Below are positions 10,092 to 19,416 of a stretch of 64,000 nucleotides of DNA, piece by piece. Numbering within the stretch: the first letter of the stretch is position 1; each line of letters starts with the position of its first letter. The translations under genes were made by a program, and so were the position numbers. The DNA lies in assembly GCA_963558395.1 (NCBI GenBank), contig CAUWGE010000003.1:5483-69482 (forward strand), in the 5' to 3' direction. The stretch comes from an uncultured Clostridia bacterium (GTDB taxonomy: Bacteria; Bacillota; Clostridia; TANB77; CAG-508). Under the pieces are notes generated by a model. The model saw nothing but the letters and a program-made list of their open reading frames with translations, searched no databases and was not told where the DNA came from.

Positions 10092-10117
10092 TGTCCACTA
10101 TTATATGGTGCACTTCA
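10092..10117 (-). mobile_element. Solo IS3-family-like terminal inverted repeat (remnant)
   Basis: TGAAGTGCACCATATAATAGTGGACA resembles IS150/IS861-group ends (TGAACTGCACCCC...GACA); no transposase. Confidence 0.5.
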
Positions 10118-10120
10118 GTA

Positions 10121-12211
10121 TTATTCTTCTTTTATTATGCTTTTACTTCCTAAATATGTTGCTATAAAATATAAGCCATATATTAATCCAATTATAACGA
10201 AAGCTCCTATTATTGATGGCAATAGCTCTTCTGCTGAAGCTAGAGCAGACATCATCGTTAAGGCAAATTGAATTCCAAATATTGAGTGAATAATCGCTAA
10301 TATCAAGGGTAATGTAAAAAATATTGCTATTTGCTTGAATAGCGCTCCATTAATCATTTTTTCACTACATCCTATTTTTCTTAAAATTGTATATCTTTGC
10401 TTATTGTCTGAACTTTCAGTTAATTGTTTTAATGCTAGTATTGCACTACTTGCTATTAAGAAGATAATTCCAAGGTAAATTGCTATAAATACAATCATAG
10501 TAGATACTCCTTTGCTTCCTTCCATAATAGTGATTTTGCTTATACCATCTAGCTCTATTGCCTTACCTTTTAAGGTTTTAACCAATTTACTTTCATCATC
10601 TACAAGTTCTTTTTCTATTTCAATTTTTTCTTCTTCGGAAGATGAATTGTAATTTGAAGCTAAGAAATATTGCTCTTTCCATTCTTCTTTTAAATTGAAA
10701 GTATCTGGTACTAAAATAATTCCAGAGTTAACATGGCTAGTTGACATTACAATAAATCCTTCTTTACATTCCAAATATTTAGGGTGTAATTTCTTTCCTT
10801 CAATTACTATATCTTTATTTTCTCTAAGTCCTTCATTTCTGATGGCTCCTATCGAATCAAAGTCACAAAGTACAATATATTCATTTTCAGCTAAACTATA
10901 TTCTTCTAATCCATACAAAGACGCTATTTTGTTATAATCTGAAACCTTTATCACTGTTTCAGGTGTTTCAAATCTCATCATAGGGTAATTAGCTTTTGCT
11001 TTTTCGTATGAACTTCCTAGACTTTTCTCCATTGTCCATTCCGGAATCGCATATATTGGAATTTCTACCATATCTTTAAATTTACTTATGTCAAATCCAT
11101 TATTTTTTAGAGTCTCTGATACTAGTACTTTTGAATCTTTTCTTTGAATATCAGTATAATATATAGTTTTTCCCGTATATTTGTTTAAATTGCTTTCTGG
11201 TAAGTTAGCAGTTTTATACAAATTTATATCTACCGGTGTCATCTCCTTTAATTCTTTAGACATTGTTCTTTGAAGAGATAAACTACTAGATAAAATACTA
11301 ATTGTCATAAATAGCATCAAGCAAATTACACTCATACTTGTTACCGTAGTATTAATTTTATTGTTAATTTGTCTTAACACGAACATATTTGTACCATTAA
11401 GATATATTTTTTTCCTTGCCATTATAAGTCTTAAGATAAATCCAGATAGAGACCAAAATATCCCAAAAGTTGAGATAACTCCTAATATAATTGGCGGAAT
11501 AATTTTTTCGATAGTATCTAATGTATTAACTCCACCTGTTACTTTCCAATATGCATATGATAAAGTACATACTGATAGTATGAATATTATAATTGCAATT
11601 ATAGGATTTTTTATTTTGATTTTTTCATTTTTCTTACTAGCATTTAATAAATTTATCAATTTATATTTAGAAATAGTTATTGTATTAAAAATCATTACTG
11701 CAATATACATTATTGCAAAGTAAATGCAAGTTTTTATACAAGCAGCTTTTGAAAATACAAATATAAATTCACTCATATCTGCTTCAAATAGTTTAGCTAC
11801 TAAAACTGACATAAATTGAGATGCAAATACACCAATAAATAAGCCAACGGCTAGAGATATTATTCCTATTAAAATAGTTTCAAAAAGTAGTATTTTAGAT
11901 ATTTGCCTTTTTTTCATTCCAAGCATCATATAAATACCAAATTCTTTTTTCCTTCTATTAATCAGGAAATTATTTGCATATACAATTAAAAATCCTAAAA
12001 CAACAGCTACAAATATTGAAACTAGTCCTAGCATATTAACCATTAGAGTAATTAGTGTTCTAGTAGATTCTGATACTTTTAGCATTGCTTCTTGAGCATC
12101 TAATGAGTTGAACATATAAAATATTGCTACGCCTAATACTAAAGTTAAAAAATATATTGCATAATCTTTAAAACTTTTTTTGATATTTTTCATAGATAAT
12201 TTAAATAACAT
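10121..12211 (-). CDS. BceB-type ABC transporter permease (FtsX family)
   Basis: RRKKEFGIYMMLGM, large extracellular loop, RYTILRKIG. Confidence 0.9.
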   Translation of the reverse strand: MLFKLSMKNIKKSFKDYAIYFLTLVLGVAIFYMFNSLDAQEAMLKVSESTRTLITLMVNMLGLVSIFVAVVLGFLIVYANNFLINRRKKEFGIYMMLGMKKRQISKILLFETILIGIISLAVGLFIGVFASQFMSVLVAKLFEADMSEFIFVFSKAACIKTCIYFAIMYIAVMIFNTITISKYKLINLLNASKKNEKIKIKNPIIAIIIFILSVCTLSYAYWKVTGGVNTLDTIEKIIPPIILGVISTFGIFWSLSGFILRLIMARKKIYLNGTNMFVLRQINNKINTTVTSMSVICLMLFMTISILSSSLSLQRTMSKELKEMTPVDINLYKTANLPESNLNKYTGKTIYYTDIQRKDSKVLVSETLKNNGFDISKFKDMVEIPIYAIPEWTMEKSLGSSYEKAKANYPMMRFETPETVIKVSDYNKIASLYGLEEYSLAENEYIVLCDFDSIGAIRNEGLRENKDIVIEGKKLHPKYLECKEGFIVMSTSHVNSGIILVPDTFNLKEEWKEQYFLASNYNSSSEEEKIEIEKELVDDESKLVKTLKGKAIELDGISKITIMEGSKGVSTMIVFIAIYLGIIFLIASSAILALKQLTESSDNKQRYTILRKIGCSEKMINGALFKQIAIFFTLPLILAIIHSIFGIQFALTMMSALASAEELLPSIIGAFVIIGLIYGLYFIATYLGSKSIIKEE

Positions 12212-12968
12212 CGTTTAAATCACCTCCTAGAAGTGTTTGTACTTCTATAATTCTCTCAAAAAATTGTTTCCTAGAATCAGTTCCTTTTACTAATTCATTG
12301 AATATTTTTCCATCTTTTATAAAGATAATTCTACTTGCATAACTTGCAGAAAAAGCATCGTGTGTAACCATTAATATACTTGCATTTAATTTTTCATTTA
12401 AGAATTCTAAATTTTCTAATAATTGTCTTGCAGATTTTGAATCAAGTGCTCCTGTTGGCTCATCTGCTAGAACTAATTTTGGATTTGTTATCATTGCTCT
12501 TGCTGCTGCAGTTCTTTGTTTTTGCCCTCCACTTACTTGATATGGATATTTGTTTAATATTTCACTTATTCCAAGCTTTTCTGCTATATCTTTTACCTTA
12601 GACTCTATCTTATCTGGTTTTACTTTTTGAATTGTAAGTGCTAGTGCTATATTTTCAAATATTGTAAGAGTATCTAGCAAATTAAAATCCTGAAAAATAA
12701 AACCTAATTCTTCGCTCCTAAATTTACTTAAATCATTACCTTTTAATTTTGTAATATCTTTGTTGTTTATTAAAATATGTCCAGAAGTAACCCTATCTAT
12801 TGTGGAAATACAATTTAGTAATGTTGTCTTTCCTGAACCAGATGCTCCCATTATTCCTAAAAAATCTCCCTTTTCTACACTAAAACTAATATTATCAATA
12901 GCCTTTGTAAGATTACTTTTTCCTCCATAATATTTTTCTATGTTTTTTACTTCTAAAATCTTTTCCAT
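12201..12968 (-). CDS. BceA-type ABC transporter ATPase
   Basis: GASGSGKTT, SGGQKQR, LADEPTGALD, VTHD. Confidence 0.93.
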   Translation of the reverse strand: MEKILEVKNIEKYYGGKSNLTKAIDNISFSVEKGDFLGIMGASGSGKTTLLNCISTIDRVTSGHILINNKDITKLKGNDLSKFRSEELGFIFQDFNLLDTLTIFENIALALTIQKVKPDKIESKVKDIAEKLGISEILNKYPYQVSGGQKQRTAAARAMITNPKLVLADEPTGALDSKSARQLLENLEFLNEKLNASILMVTHDAFSASYASRIIFIKDGKIFNELVKGTDSRKQFFERIIEVQTLLGGDLNDVI

Positions 12969-13025
12969 GATTTTTCTCCTTTCATTTAAAAGTATAATAT
13001 ATTTTTTTGTATTGTTCCATCGATT

Positions 13026-13057
13026 AACCTTACAATAGCTTACAATTTCGTAAGGTT
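13026..13057 (-). promoter_or_regulatory. BceR-type response regulator binding site
   Basis: AACCTTACAATAGCTTACAATTTCGTAAGGTT: TTACA-N4-CGTAA dyad plus extra CTTACA half-site upstream of the ABC operon; -10 TATACT at 12991-12996. Confidence 0.7.
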
Positions 13058-13081
13058 ATTAGTTTACGTAAAATCATATTC

Positions 13082-13110
13082 TAGACATTTGGCTATTTAT
13101 GTGGTATAAT
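13082..13110 (+). promoter_or_regulatory. SigA promoter of inserted gene
   Basis: TAGACA-17bp-TATAAT with extended TG. Confidence 0.7.
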
Positions 13111-13165
13111 ATTATTTGTTATATGTAACTAATAAACCAATATTCTTATATCGGGAGGAAATACT

Positions 13166-13633
13166 ATGAGGCTTTTTAAAAAACGGAATTTAGAACTAGA
13201 AAACTGGATGCTTACACATTTTGAATGGGATTACGTATCTAGTGATGAGCTAGTAAAACTTGGTTATTCATTTGCTAAGGATGAATTTTACGGCGCACAT
13301 ACTGCTGGTAAAATCTTAAATGCAGAAGCAGTAGGATTATTTAAGAAAATCTGCTCCCAAATTGGCGTATCTTATTATGATGTTGAAAAATTATTTAAAA
13401 AACAAAACCAGGACTTTTTCAAATTAACAAAACATTTAATGCAGGATAGTCAGAAACATCATTCAGATGAGGGGCGTGTTTATGCAAAAATGTTTTACTC
13501 ATTAATAGTTCCTAAGCAGACAAATGCAGAGAAACTACTTAACAAATTTCGAAAATTAAGCCCAGAAGAACAAGCGGAAATACTCCAGCTTTTTGCTCAC
13601 AAAAAAATCAAAATCACAGTTGAAGACATTTGA
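13166..13633 (+). CDS. Hypothetical protein (155 aa), stand-alone cassette
   Basis: GGGAGG RBS, own promoter and terminator; opposite strand to neighbours. Confidence 0.8.
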   Translation: MRLFKKRNLELENWMLTHFEWDYVSSDELVKLGYSFAKDEFYGAHTAGKILNAEAVGLFKKICSQIGVSYYDVEKLFKKQNQDFFKLTKHLMQDSQKHHSDEGRVYAKMFYSLIVPKQTNAEKLLNKFRKLSPEEQAEILQLFAHKKIKITVEDI

Positions 13634-13652
13634 TCTTTAGTATTTTTTCAAA

Positions 13653-13697
13653 ATAAAAAGGCCATTGATAGTGTTAAGCTATCAATGGCCTTTTTAT
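13653..13697. terminator. Bidirectional intrinsic terminator
   Basis: ATAAAAAGGCCATTGATAG/CTATCAATGGCCTTTTTAT perfect stem between convergent genes. Confidence 0.85.
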
Positions 13698-13764
13698 CCC
13701 CACAAACTAATATTTATAAAAAACGAAAACATTTAAGTCCCTAAACAACATTTATATTTCTTAT

Positions 13765-14766
13765 TTATTTTCTAAAACTATTATAGCTATTTATAGGGAA
13801 TGTTACTTTTACTATGGTTCCTTCATTTAAGTTAGATTTTAAAGCAATTGATATTCCGAGTTTTTTGCACAACTTCTTGCACAAATATAAACCTATTCCT
13901 GTTGATTTCTTACCTATAATCCTTCCATTTGCACCAGTAAATCCCTTTTCAAATACTTTTTCTATATCTTTGGCATCGATTCCTATTCCATTATCTCTAA
14001 TATATAAACTAGTGCTTTCTTTTGCTTCTTCTCCATAAATTTCTATTTGTTTATTATCGTCTTTTAAATATTTAATACTATTTTGTACAATCTGATTAAT
14101 TATGAACATGCACCATTTAGAATCTGTATATACATGCATATTTAAGTCATGCAAGTTTATTTCTATATTATTATATACAATTTGTGTTTTGTTTTTTCTA
14201 ATTACAGCATTTACAATATCTTTCAGCGATGTCTTATCTATTAGATAGTCCTTTTCTACACTACTACTCCTTGCATAATATAGAACTTGTTCTATGTAAT
14301 CCTCTATTTTATTTGTTTCTTCTTCTATACTATTTGTTGTTTCATTTCTGTTATTTTCTATAATAAGTTTAGTTGTAGCTACTGGAAGTTTAATTTCGTG
14401 TATCCACATTTCAATATATTCTTTATAATCTGCCATTTCAAATTTGTATTTGTTTACATTTTCAATCATTGACTTATTTGTATCTATTAATATTTCTTTT
14501 AATATTTTTGCATCTTCGAAAGTACCATTTGGTAGTAATTCTGTAAGTAAATATTTCTCATCTAAATCATCTAAAATTGCTTTTACTTTAGCATAATAAT
14601 TTTTTCTTATTTTATTATCTGTAATTGCATAAATTAAGTATGATATTACTGGCATTAAAAATATGTATATTATTATCAATGGATTTATGTTGTATGGTAG
14701 TAAAATTACTATAATACTTAATGCTATAATTATTAATATGCTTAAATATACTAATTTTGATTTCAT
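13765..14766 (-). CDS. Intramembrane-sensing histidine kinase, BceS/GraS type
   Basis: Two close TM helices, WIHEIKLP H-box, NSIKY, DNGIGI, FEKGFTG, GIGLYL. Confidence 0.92.
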   Translation of the reverse strand: MKSKLVYLSILIIIALSIIVILLPYNINPLIIIYIFLMPVISYLIYAITDNKIRKNYYAKVKAILDDLDEKYLLTELLPNGTFEDAKILKEILIDTNKSMIENVNKYKFEMADYKEYIEMWIHEIKLPVATTKLIIENNRNETTNSIEEETNKIEDYIEQVLYYARSSSVEKDYLIDKTSLKDIVNAVIRKNKTQIVYNNIEINLHDLNMHVYTDSKWCMFIINQIVQNSIKYLKDDNKQIEIYGEEAKESTSLYIRDNGIGIDAKDIEKVFEKGFTGANGRIIGKKSTGIGLYLCKKLCKKLGISIALKSNLNEGTIVKVTFPINSYNSFRK

Positions 14767-14831
14767 CTTAACTTTTCCTTTCTTTAACTAACAAACATAA
14801 TATATAACATTAACTTTAGCGCTAAATTTTT

Positions 14832-15503
14832 TTATCTAAAAATATATCCTTGTCCTCTTTTAGTTTCAATATTTTTTCCTAGCCCTATTTCTTCTAGTTT
14901 TCCTCTTAGTCTTGTCATATTCACTGTAAGAGTATTATCATCAATAAAACTTTCACTATCCCATAAATAGTTTATTATTTCTTCTCTTGATACTATTTGT
15001 CCTCTTTTTGATACTAAGAAATGCAATATTTTTAGTTCATTTTTAGTAAGCTCTATCTCTTTTTCACCTTTTTCAAGCGAGCTTTTGGATAAATTCAAAA
15101 TGAAATCTTGCATTTCTATTTTGTTTTGATTTGATGAAAAAGAAGCGGATCTTCTTAATAGACTTGCTATTTTTGCAAGTAAAATTTGCAAATTAAATGG
15201 TTTAGTTACATATTGATCTGCGCCATAATTTAAACTTATTAGTTCATCTAGTTCTGTATCTTTGCTTGTTATCATAATTATTGGAACATTTGAAACTTTT
15301 CTAAGTTCTTTTAATATATATTCTCCATCTATATTTGGAAGATTAATATCCAAAAGAACTAAATCGGCATTGAATTTTAATATATCTTCTATTGAATTCG
15401 AAAAATTATTTAGCCCTTCTGCTTCATACATATTATTTCTTAAATATTTTATAAGTTCTTCTCTTAATTTTTTGTCATCTTCTACAATTAATATTTTTGA
15501 CAT
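14832..15503 (-). CDS. OmpR-family response regulator, BceR/GraR type
   Basis: IVEDD, LLDINLP, KPF, DDNTLTVN..RLR, TKRGQGY. Confidence 0.93.
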   Translation of the reverse strand: MSKILIVEDDKKLREELIKYLRNNMYEAEGLNNFSNSIEDILKFNADLVLLDINLPNIDGEYILKELRKVSNVPIIMITSKDTELDELISLNYGADQYVTKPFNLQILLAKIASLLRRSASFSSNQNKIEMQDFILNLSKSSLEKGEKEIELTKNELKILHFLVSKRGQIVSREEIINYLWDSESFIDDNTLTVNMTRLRGKLEEIGLGKNIETKRGQGYIFR

Positions 15504-15702
15504 AGTAAGTTTACTTCCTTTCTATTTCCACTCTCAAGCCATTTATATGCTCTAAAGTATATTTAACTCTAAATATATTAACATATTTTTTATAAAATTT
15601 AAATAATACCAAAAAAATAAAAAAGCTATTAATTATCATTTTCTTCATACAAATACAAAAATACAAAGAAAAAACGGTATGCAATCATACCATTTTTCAT
15701 TT

Positions 15703-15768
15703 ACAAAGACGCCGGGCGGTATAAATTTAAAATAATAAAAAAATTTAAAAAGCCCGCTTTTGTTCTTA
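15703..15768 (-). repeat. Dispersed hairpin repeat, copy A
   Basis: Minus: TAAGAACAAAAGCGGGCTTTTTAAATTTTTTTATTATTTTAAATTTATACCGCCCGGCGTCTTTGT; near-identical to 21053-21118. Confidence 0.85.
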
Positions 15769-16323
15769 CATATCTGTTTCATCATATTCTACATCAAATC
15801 CATTATCTTTTTTTATTTCAGTAGTTGTACCACTCGATGTATTTGTTATTTTCACTTCACTATTTGCACCATTTTTTATTGCTTCTTTCTCTAGTTTTCC
15901 TAGCTTCATACTATTTACAGTTTTTCCTAACATTTCACTTAATTTTTCTGCTAAGTCAGGAACTAAATCAAGCAGCTTATCCATACAAGATGAGTGCTCT
16001 ACTGGTAATAGTTTTACTCCATTTGCTTGTACTACAATAAATGCAATAGGAGAAATGCTCACTCCTGCTCCAGAACCTCCACCAAATGGGAGTCTTTCTT
16101 TTAATTGCCCAGGGTTTTGACTTTCTCTTTTATTTATATCAATAGTTTTTCCTTTAAACTCACTTCCACCTGCTGCAAAACCAAAGTTAACTTTTGAAAC
16201 AGGGATTATTACTACATTATTTGATGTTTGTATTGGATCTCCTATTATTGTATTAACATCCACCATTTCTCTAATACTATTCATCGCAGTATTCATTAAA
16301 CCTTCAATTGGATATTCACTCAT
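15766..16323 (-). CDS. ytfJ: Sporulation protein YtfJ/GerW family
   Basis: MVDVNTIIGDPI, IIPVSKVNFGFAAGG, PFGGGSGAGVSISP; start at MSEYPIE. Confidence 0.9.
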   Translation of the reverse strand: MSEYPIEGLMNTAMNSIREMVDVNTIIGDPIQTSNNVVIIPVSKVNFGFAAGGSEFKGKTIDINKRESQNPGQLKERLPFGGGSGAGVSISPIAFIVVQANGVKLLPVEHSSCMDKLLDLVPDLAEKLSEMLGKTVNSMKLGKLEKEAIKNGANSEVKITNTSSGTTTEIKKDNGFDVEYDETDM

Positions 16324-16324
16324 A

Positions 16325-16954
16325 TTATTGCTTTTCCTCCTTCTCACATATTACCCTTGTAATATGTATTATATTTATACTTATTATGAAACTAAATTGT
16401 AAAAAAAATACATCTTTATTTAAATAAATTGGTTCTACCTTATAATTTATATTTTTAATTTTGGTTTGGTCATAACTTTTGGAAATAAGCATTGATAAAA
16501 TTATACATATCCAAGTACTTAATATCGCAGTAGCTGATGCATTTTCTAAACCAAATTGCATATTAAAGTCACTTTCTTTTAATGTTCCTTCTTTTGCTAC
16601 TTTCATCATCAGTTTTTTTATTTTTCCTTGCTTCTTTTTTATATCCTTGTGCTTTTTAATATCCTTTTCATATCTTTTTAGTAAAAGTCTCTTAAGCTTT
16701 ATGTTATCTACATAAAAAAACAAAATGGGTATCTTTTTTAAAATTAGTACCCTTAGTTTTACTTCAAAAAATAAAGTATTTAATAGATTTAGTCTTTTTT
16801 CTTCTGATTTTTCATTAATAAGTACTTTTATAATCTTTTCTACTTTTTCAATACTTTCGATTGTAAAGTCCTTAATTTCTATCTCAATTGATGATAGTAT
16901 AGAAACTATGGTTAAAATTACTATTATTATAACTAAATAAAGAAAAACTATCAC
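16325..16954 (-). CDS. DUF2953/YtfI-like membrane-anchored protein
   Basis: N-terminal TM, FGLENASATAI motif, directly upstream of ytfJ. Confidence 0.65.
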   Translation of the reverse strand: MIVFLYLVIIIVILTIVSILSSIEIEIKDFTIESIEKVEKIIKVLINEKSEEKRLNLLNTLFFEVKLRVLILKKIPILFFYVDNIKLKRLLLKRYEKDIKKHKDIKKKQGKIKKLMMKVAKEGTLKESDFNMQFGLENASATAILSTWICIILSMLISKSYDQTKIKNINYKVEPIYLNKDVFFLQFSFIISINIIHITRVICEKEEKQ

Positions 16955-16973
16955 AAGTAATCCTCCTTTGTAA

Positions 16974-17002
16974 TAGTTTTTCCATTAATTTACTATTTAT
17001 CC
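16974..17002 (-). promoter_or_regulatory. SigF-like promoter for ytfI-ytfJ
   Basis: GGATA-N14-GGAAAAACTA resembles the forespore sigF consensus. Confidence 0.45.
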
Positions 17003-17757
17003 ATATTTTTTATTTTTTTGTTTACTTTTATTTCTCCAAACAAGCTTTGTTGGTCTGTTTCTACCTTGCTCTTTCTTGACATCTCTAAAAGACCTGAAAA
17101 GGCTGTAATAACTTCTTGTGGTTTGCAACTATCTACTGAATATAAGTTACTAAAGATAAAACTTTTATTCCTAATCAATTCCCTAAACATATTTTTCACT
17201 GCTTCAGTTACTGAATAATGTTCTCTTATTGCTATTTTTTCTATATTTTTAGCATTTTTATTAATCTTACTTGCATTTTTTTCTAAGATTTTTTTATATG
17301 TTTCTACAATATCATTAGCTGTATATTTTATTTCTACATCTGTATTTTTAGGAATTTTAATTTGCTCTGGTTTTCTAAAAACTATTTTATTATTTTCTTG
17401 ATACATATCTCTAAATTTATTAGTTATTTCTTTATATTGTTTATATTCTATTATTCTATCAATTAGTTCTTCTTCTGATAACATCTCTTCTGCTTCTTCT
17501 TGTCTAGGTAGAAGCTTTTTAGACTTAATGTACAGTAAATTTGAAGCCATTATTAAAAATTCACTAGTTACTTCTAAGTTCATTTTTTCCATTGCATTTA
17601 TGTATTCTATATATTGGTCTGTTATATCACTTATATTAATTTCATAAATATCCATTTTATTTGAGTCTATTAAATGGCATAATAAATCTAACGGACCTTC
17701 AAAATTATCTATTTTAATTTTGTATTGCTTAGTTTCTAATGTTAATAAATTTTGCAT
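16993..17757 (-). CDS. scpA: Segregation and condensation protein A
   Basis: FEGPLDLLCHLI, ITDQY, SEFLIMA..L..IKSK.LLP, F..LLE. Confidence 0.92.
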   Translation of the reverse strand: MQNLLTLETKQYKIKIDNFEGPLDLLCHLIDSNKMDIYEINISDITDQYIEYINAMEKMNLEVTSEFLIMASNLLYIKSKKLLPRQEEAEEMLSEEELIDRIIEYKQYKEITNKFRDMYQENNKIVFRKPEQIKIPKNTDVEIKYTANDIVETYKKILEKNASKINKNAKNIEKIAIREHYSVTEAVKNMFRELIRNKSFIFSNLYSVDSCKPQEVITAFSGLLEMSRKSKVETDQQSLFGEIKVNKKIKNMDK

Positions 17758-17783
17758 TTTTTATTCCCCTCTTGTAACTTTAA

Positions 17784-18218
17784 CTAGTATATATTTGAAA
17801 TACTGTCTTCTGAATACCCTTTCTTATATAAATATGCTTTTTTCTCATTTTCATCCTCAAAGTGCTTTTTATTTGCAATATTTTGAGCAGATTTTATTTC
17901 ATATTCTATCATCTCTTCATAATTGTCTGAAATATAATCTTCAATCAAATTCGTTCTAATTCCCTTTGACATAAGTTTATATTTGACTTCCTTTATAGAT
18001 AGATTATTCAATATTTTAAATTCGTTTACTGCTCTTTTTATATATTCTAAATCATTTATATATCCGATTTCTTTAAGTTCTTCTATTACATCTATAAGAA
18101 GTTCTTCACTAATAGTTCTTGAAAATTTTGTTTTTATTTCATATTCTGTTCTCTTTTTATATAAAATATATTTTAATACTTTTGTTTTGGCTTCATCAAA
18201 TTCTTCTATACTATACAT
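17784..18218 (-). CDS. recX: Regulatory protein RecX
   Basis: RTEYEI, GYIND..Y, KLMSKGI, YLYKKGY; follows recA. Confidence 0.85.
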   Translation of the reverse strand: MYSIEEFDEAKTKVLKYILYKKRTEYEIKTKFSRTISEELLIDVIEELKEIGYINDLEYIKRAVNEFKILNNLSIKEVKYKLMSKGIRTNLIEDYISDNYEEMIEYEIKSAQNIANKKHFEDENEKKAYLYKKGYSEDSISNIY

Positions 18219-18232
18219 ATTTTTTCTAATTA

Positions 18233-19318
18233 CTATTCCTCTTCGCTAAATTCACTATCAGTTGGTTCCTTATCTTGTTCTGGATCAACTTCCTCTTCTC
18301 CTAAACTCTTTTCAAATGCTTTGTCAAAATTCTTACGAACCTTTTCTTCTACTTCTTTCATAATTTCTGGATTATCTTCTAAATATTTTTTTGCATTTTC
18401 TCTACCTTGTCCAATTCTAGTTCCATTATATCCAAACCATGAACCACTCTTTTCTATTATTCCTAAGTTGATTCCTATATCTAGTAAGTTTCCTGTTTTA
18501 GAGATTCCTTTACCATATACAATGTCAAACTCTGCTTCTCTAAATGGTGGAGCAACTTTATTTTTAACAATTTTTACTTTTACTCTATTACCAACAACTT
18601 CTCCGTCTTGTTTAATATTTTCAACCTTTCTTATATCCATTCTAACTGAAGCGTAGAATTTCAAGGCTCTACCACCTGTTGTTGTTTCAGGATTTCCAAA
18701 CATAACTCCTACTTTTTCTCTTAATTGGTTAATAAATATTATTGTGCTATTTGATTTATTTATTACACCTGCTAATTTTCTTAAAGCTTGTGACATAAGT
18801 CTAGCCTGCAATGCAACATGAGTATCTCCCATATCTCCATCTATTTCTGCTTTTGGAACTAGTGCTGCAACAGAGTCTACAACAATTATATCAATTGCTC
18901 CACTTCTTACTAATGCTTCTGCTATTTCTAATGCTTGTTCTCCCGTGTCTGGCTGTGATACTATTAGATTATCTATATCTACGCCTAAATGTTTAGCATA
19001 AACTGGATCTAAAGCATGCTCTGCATCTATAAAGGCTGCTTCTCCTCCTAATTTTTGAGCTTCTGCTATCATATGAAGTGTTAATGTAGTTTTTCCAGAT
19101 GACTCAGGGCCATAAACTTCTATTATTCTACCTTTTGGAATTCCTCCAATTCCAAGAGCAATATCTAATCCTAAAGCACCTGTTGGAATTGCTTCAACAT
19201 TCATTGCTTTATAATCTCCTAATTTCATTACAGAGCCTTTTCCAAACTGCTTTTCAATTTGTCCTAATGCTACTTCTAGTGCTTTTTGTTTTTCTAAATT
19301 TGCTTTTTCTGTGTTCAT
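18233..19318 (-). CDS. recA: Recombinase A
   Basis: [37 protein letters not shown]. Confidence 0.99.
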   Translation of the reverse strand: MNTEKANLEKQKALEVALGQIEKQFGKGSVMKLGDYKAMNVEAIPTGALGLDIALGIGGIPKGRIIEVYGPESSGKTTLTLHMIAEAQKLGGEAAFIDAEHALDPVYAKHLGVDIDNLIVSQPDTGEQALEIAEALVRSGAIDIIVVDSVAALVPKAEIDGDMGDTHVALQARLMSQALRKLAGVINKSNSTIIFINQLREKVGVMFGNPETTTGGRALKFYASVRMDIRKVENIKQDGEVVGNRVKVKIVKNKVAPPFREAEFDIVYGKGISKTGNLLDIGINLGIIEKSGSWFGYNGTRIGQGRENAKKYLEDNPEIMKEVEEKVRKNFDKAFEKSLGEEEVDPEQDKEPTDSEFSEEE

Positions 19319-19335
19319 AATTTCCTCCTACAATT

Positions 19336-19386
19336 AAACATTTGTTTGTCTGCAACTTATTATATATTATTTTTTTAATTTGTCAA
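19336..19386 (-). promoter_or_regulatory. recA sigA promoter with candidate LexA-like box
   Basis: TTGACA (19381-86), 16 bp, TATAAT (19359-64); AAAC-N4-GTTT dyad at 19336-47. Confidence 0.55.
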
Positions 19387-19416
19387 TACCTTTTGCAAAC
19401 ATTTTTTTGGTTTTAT

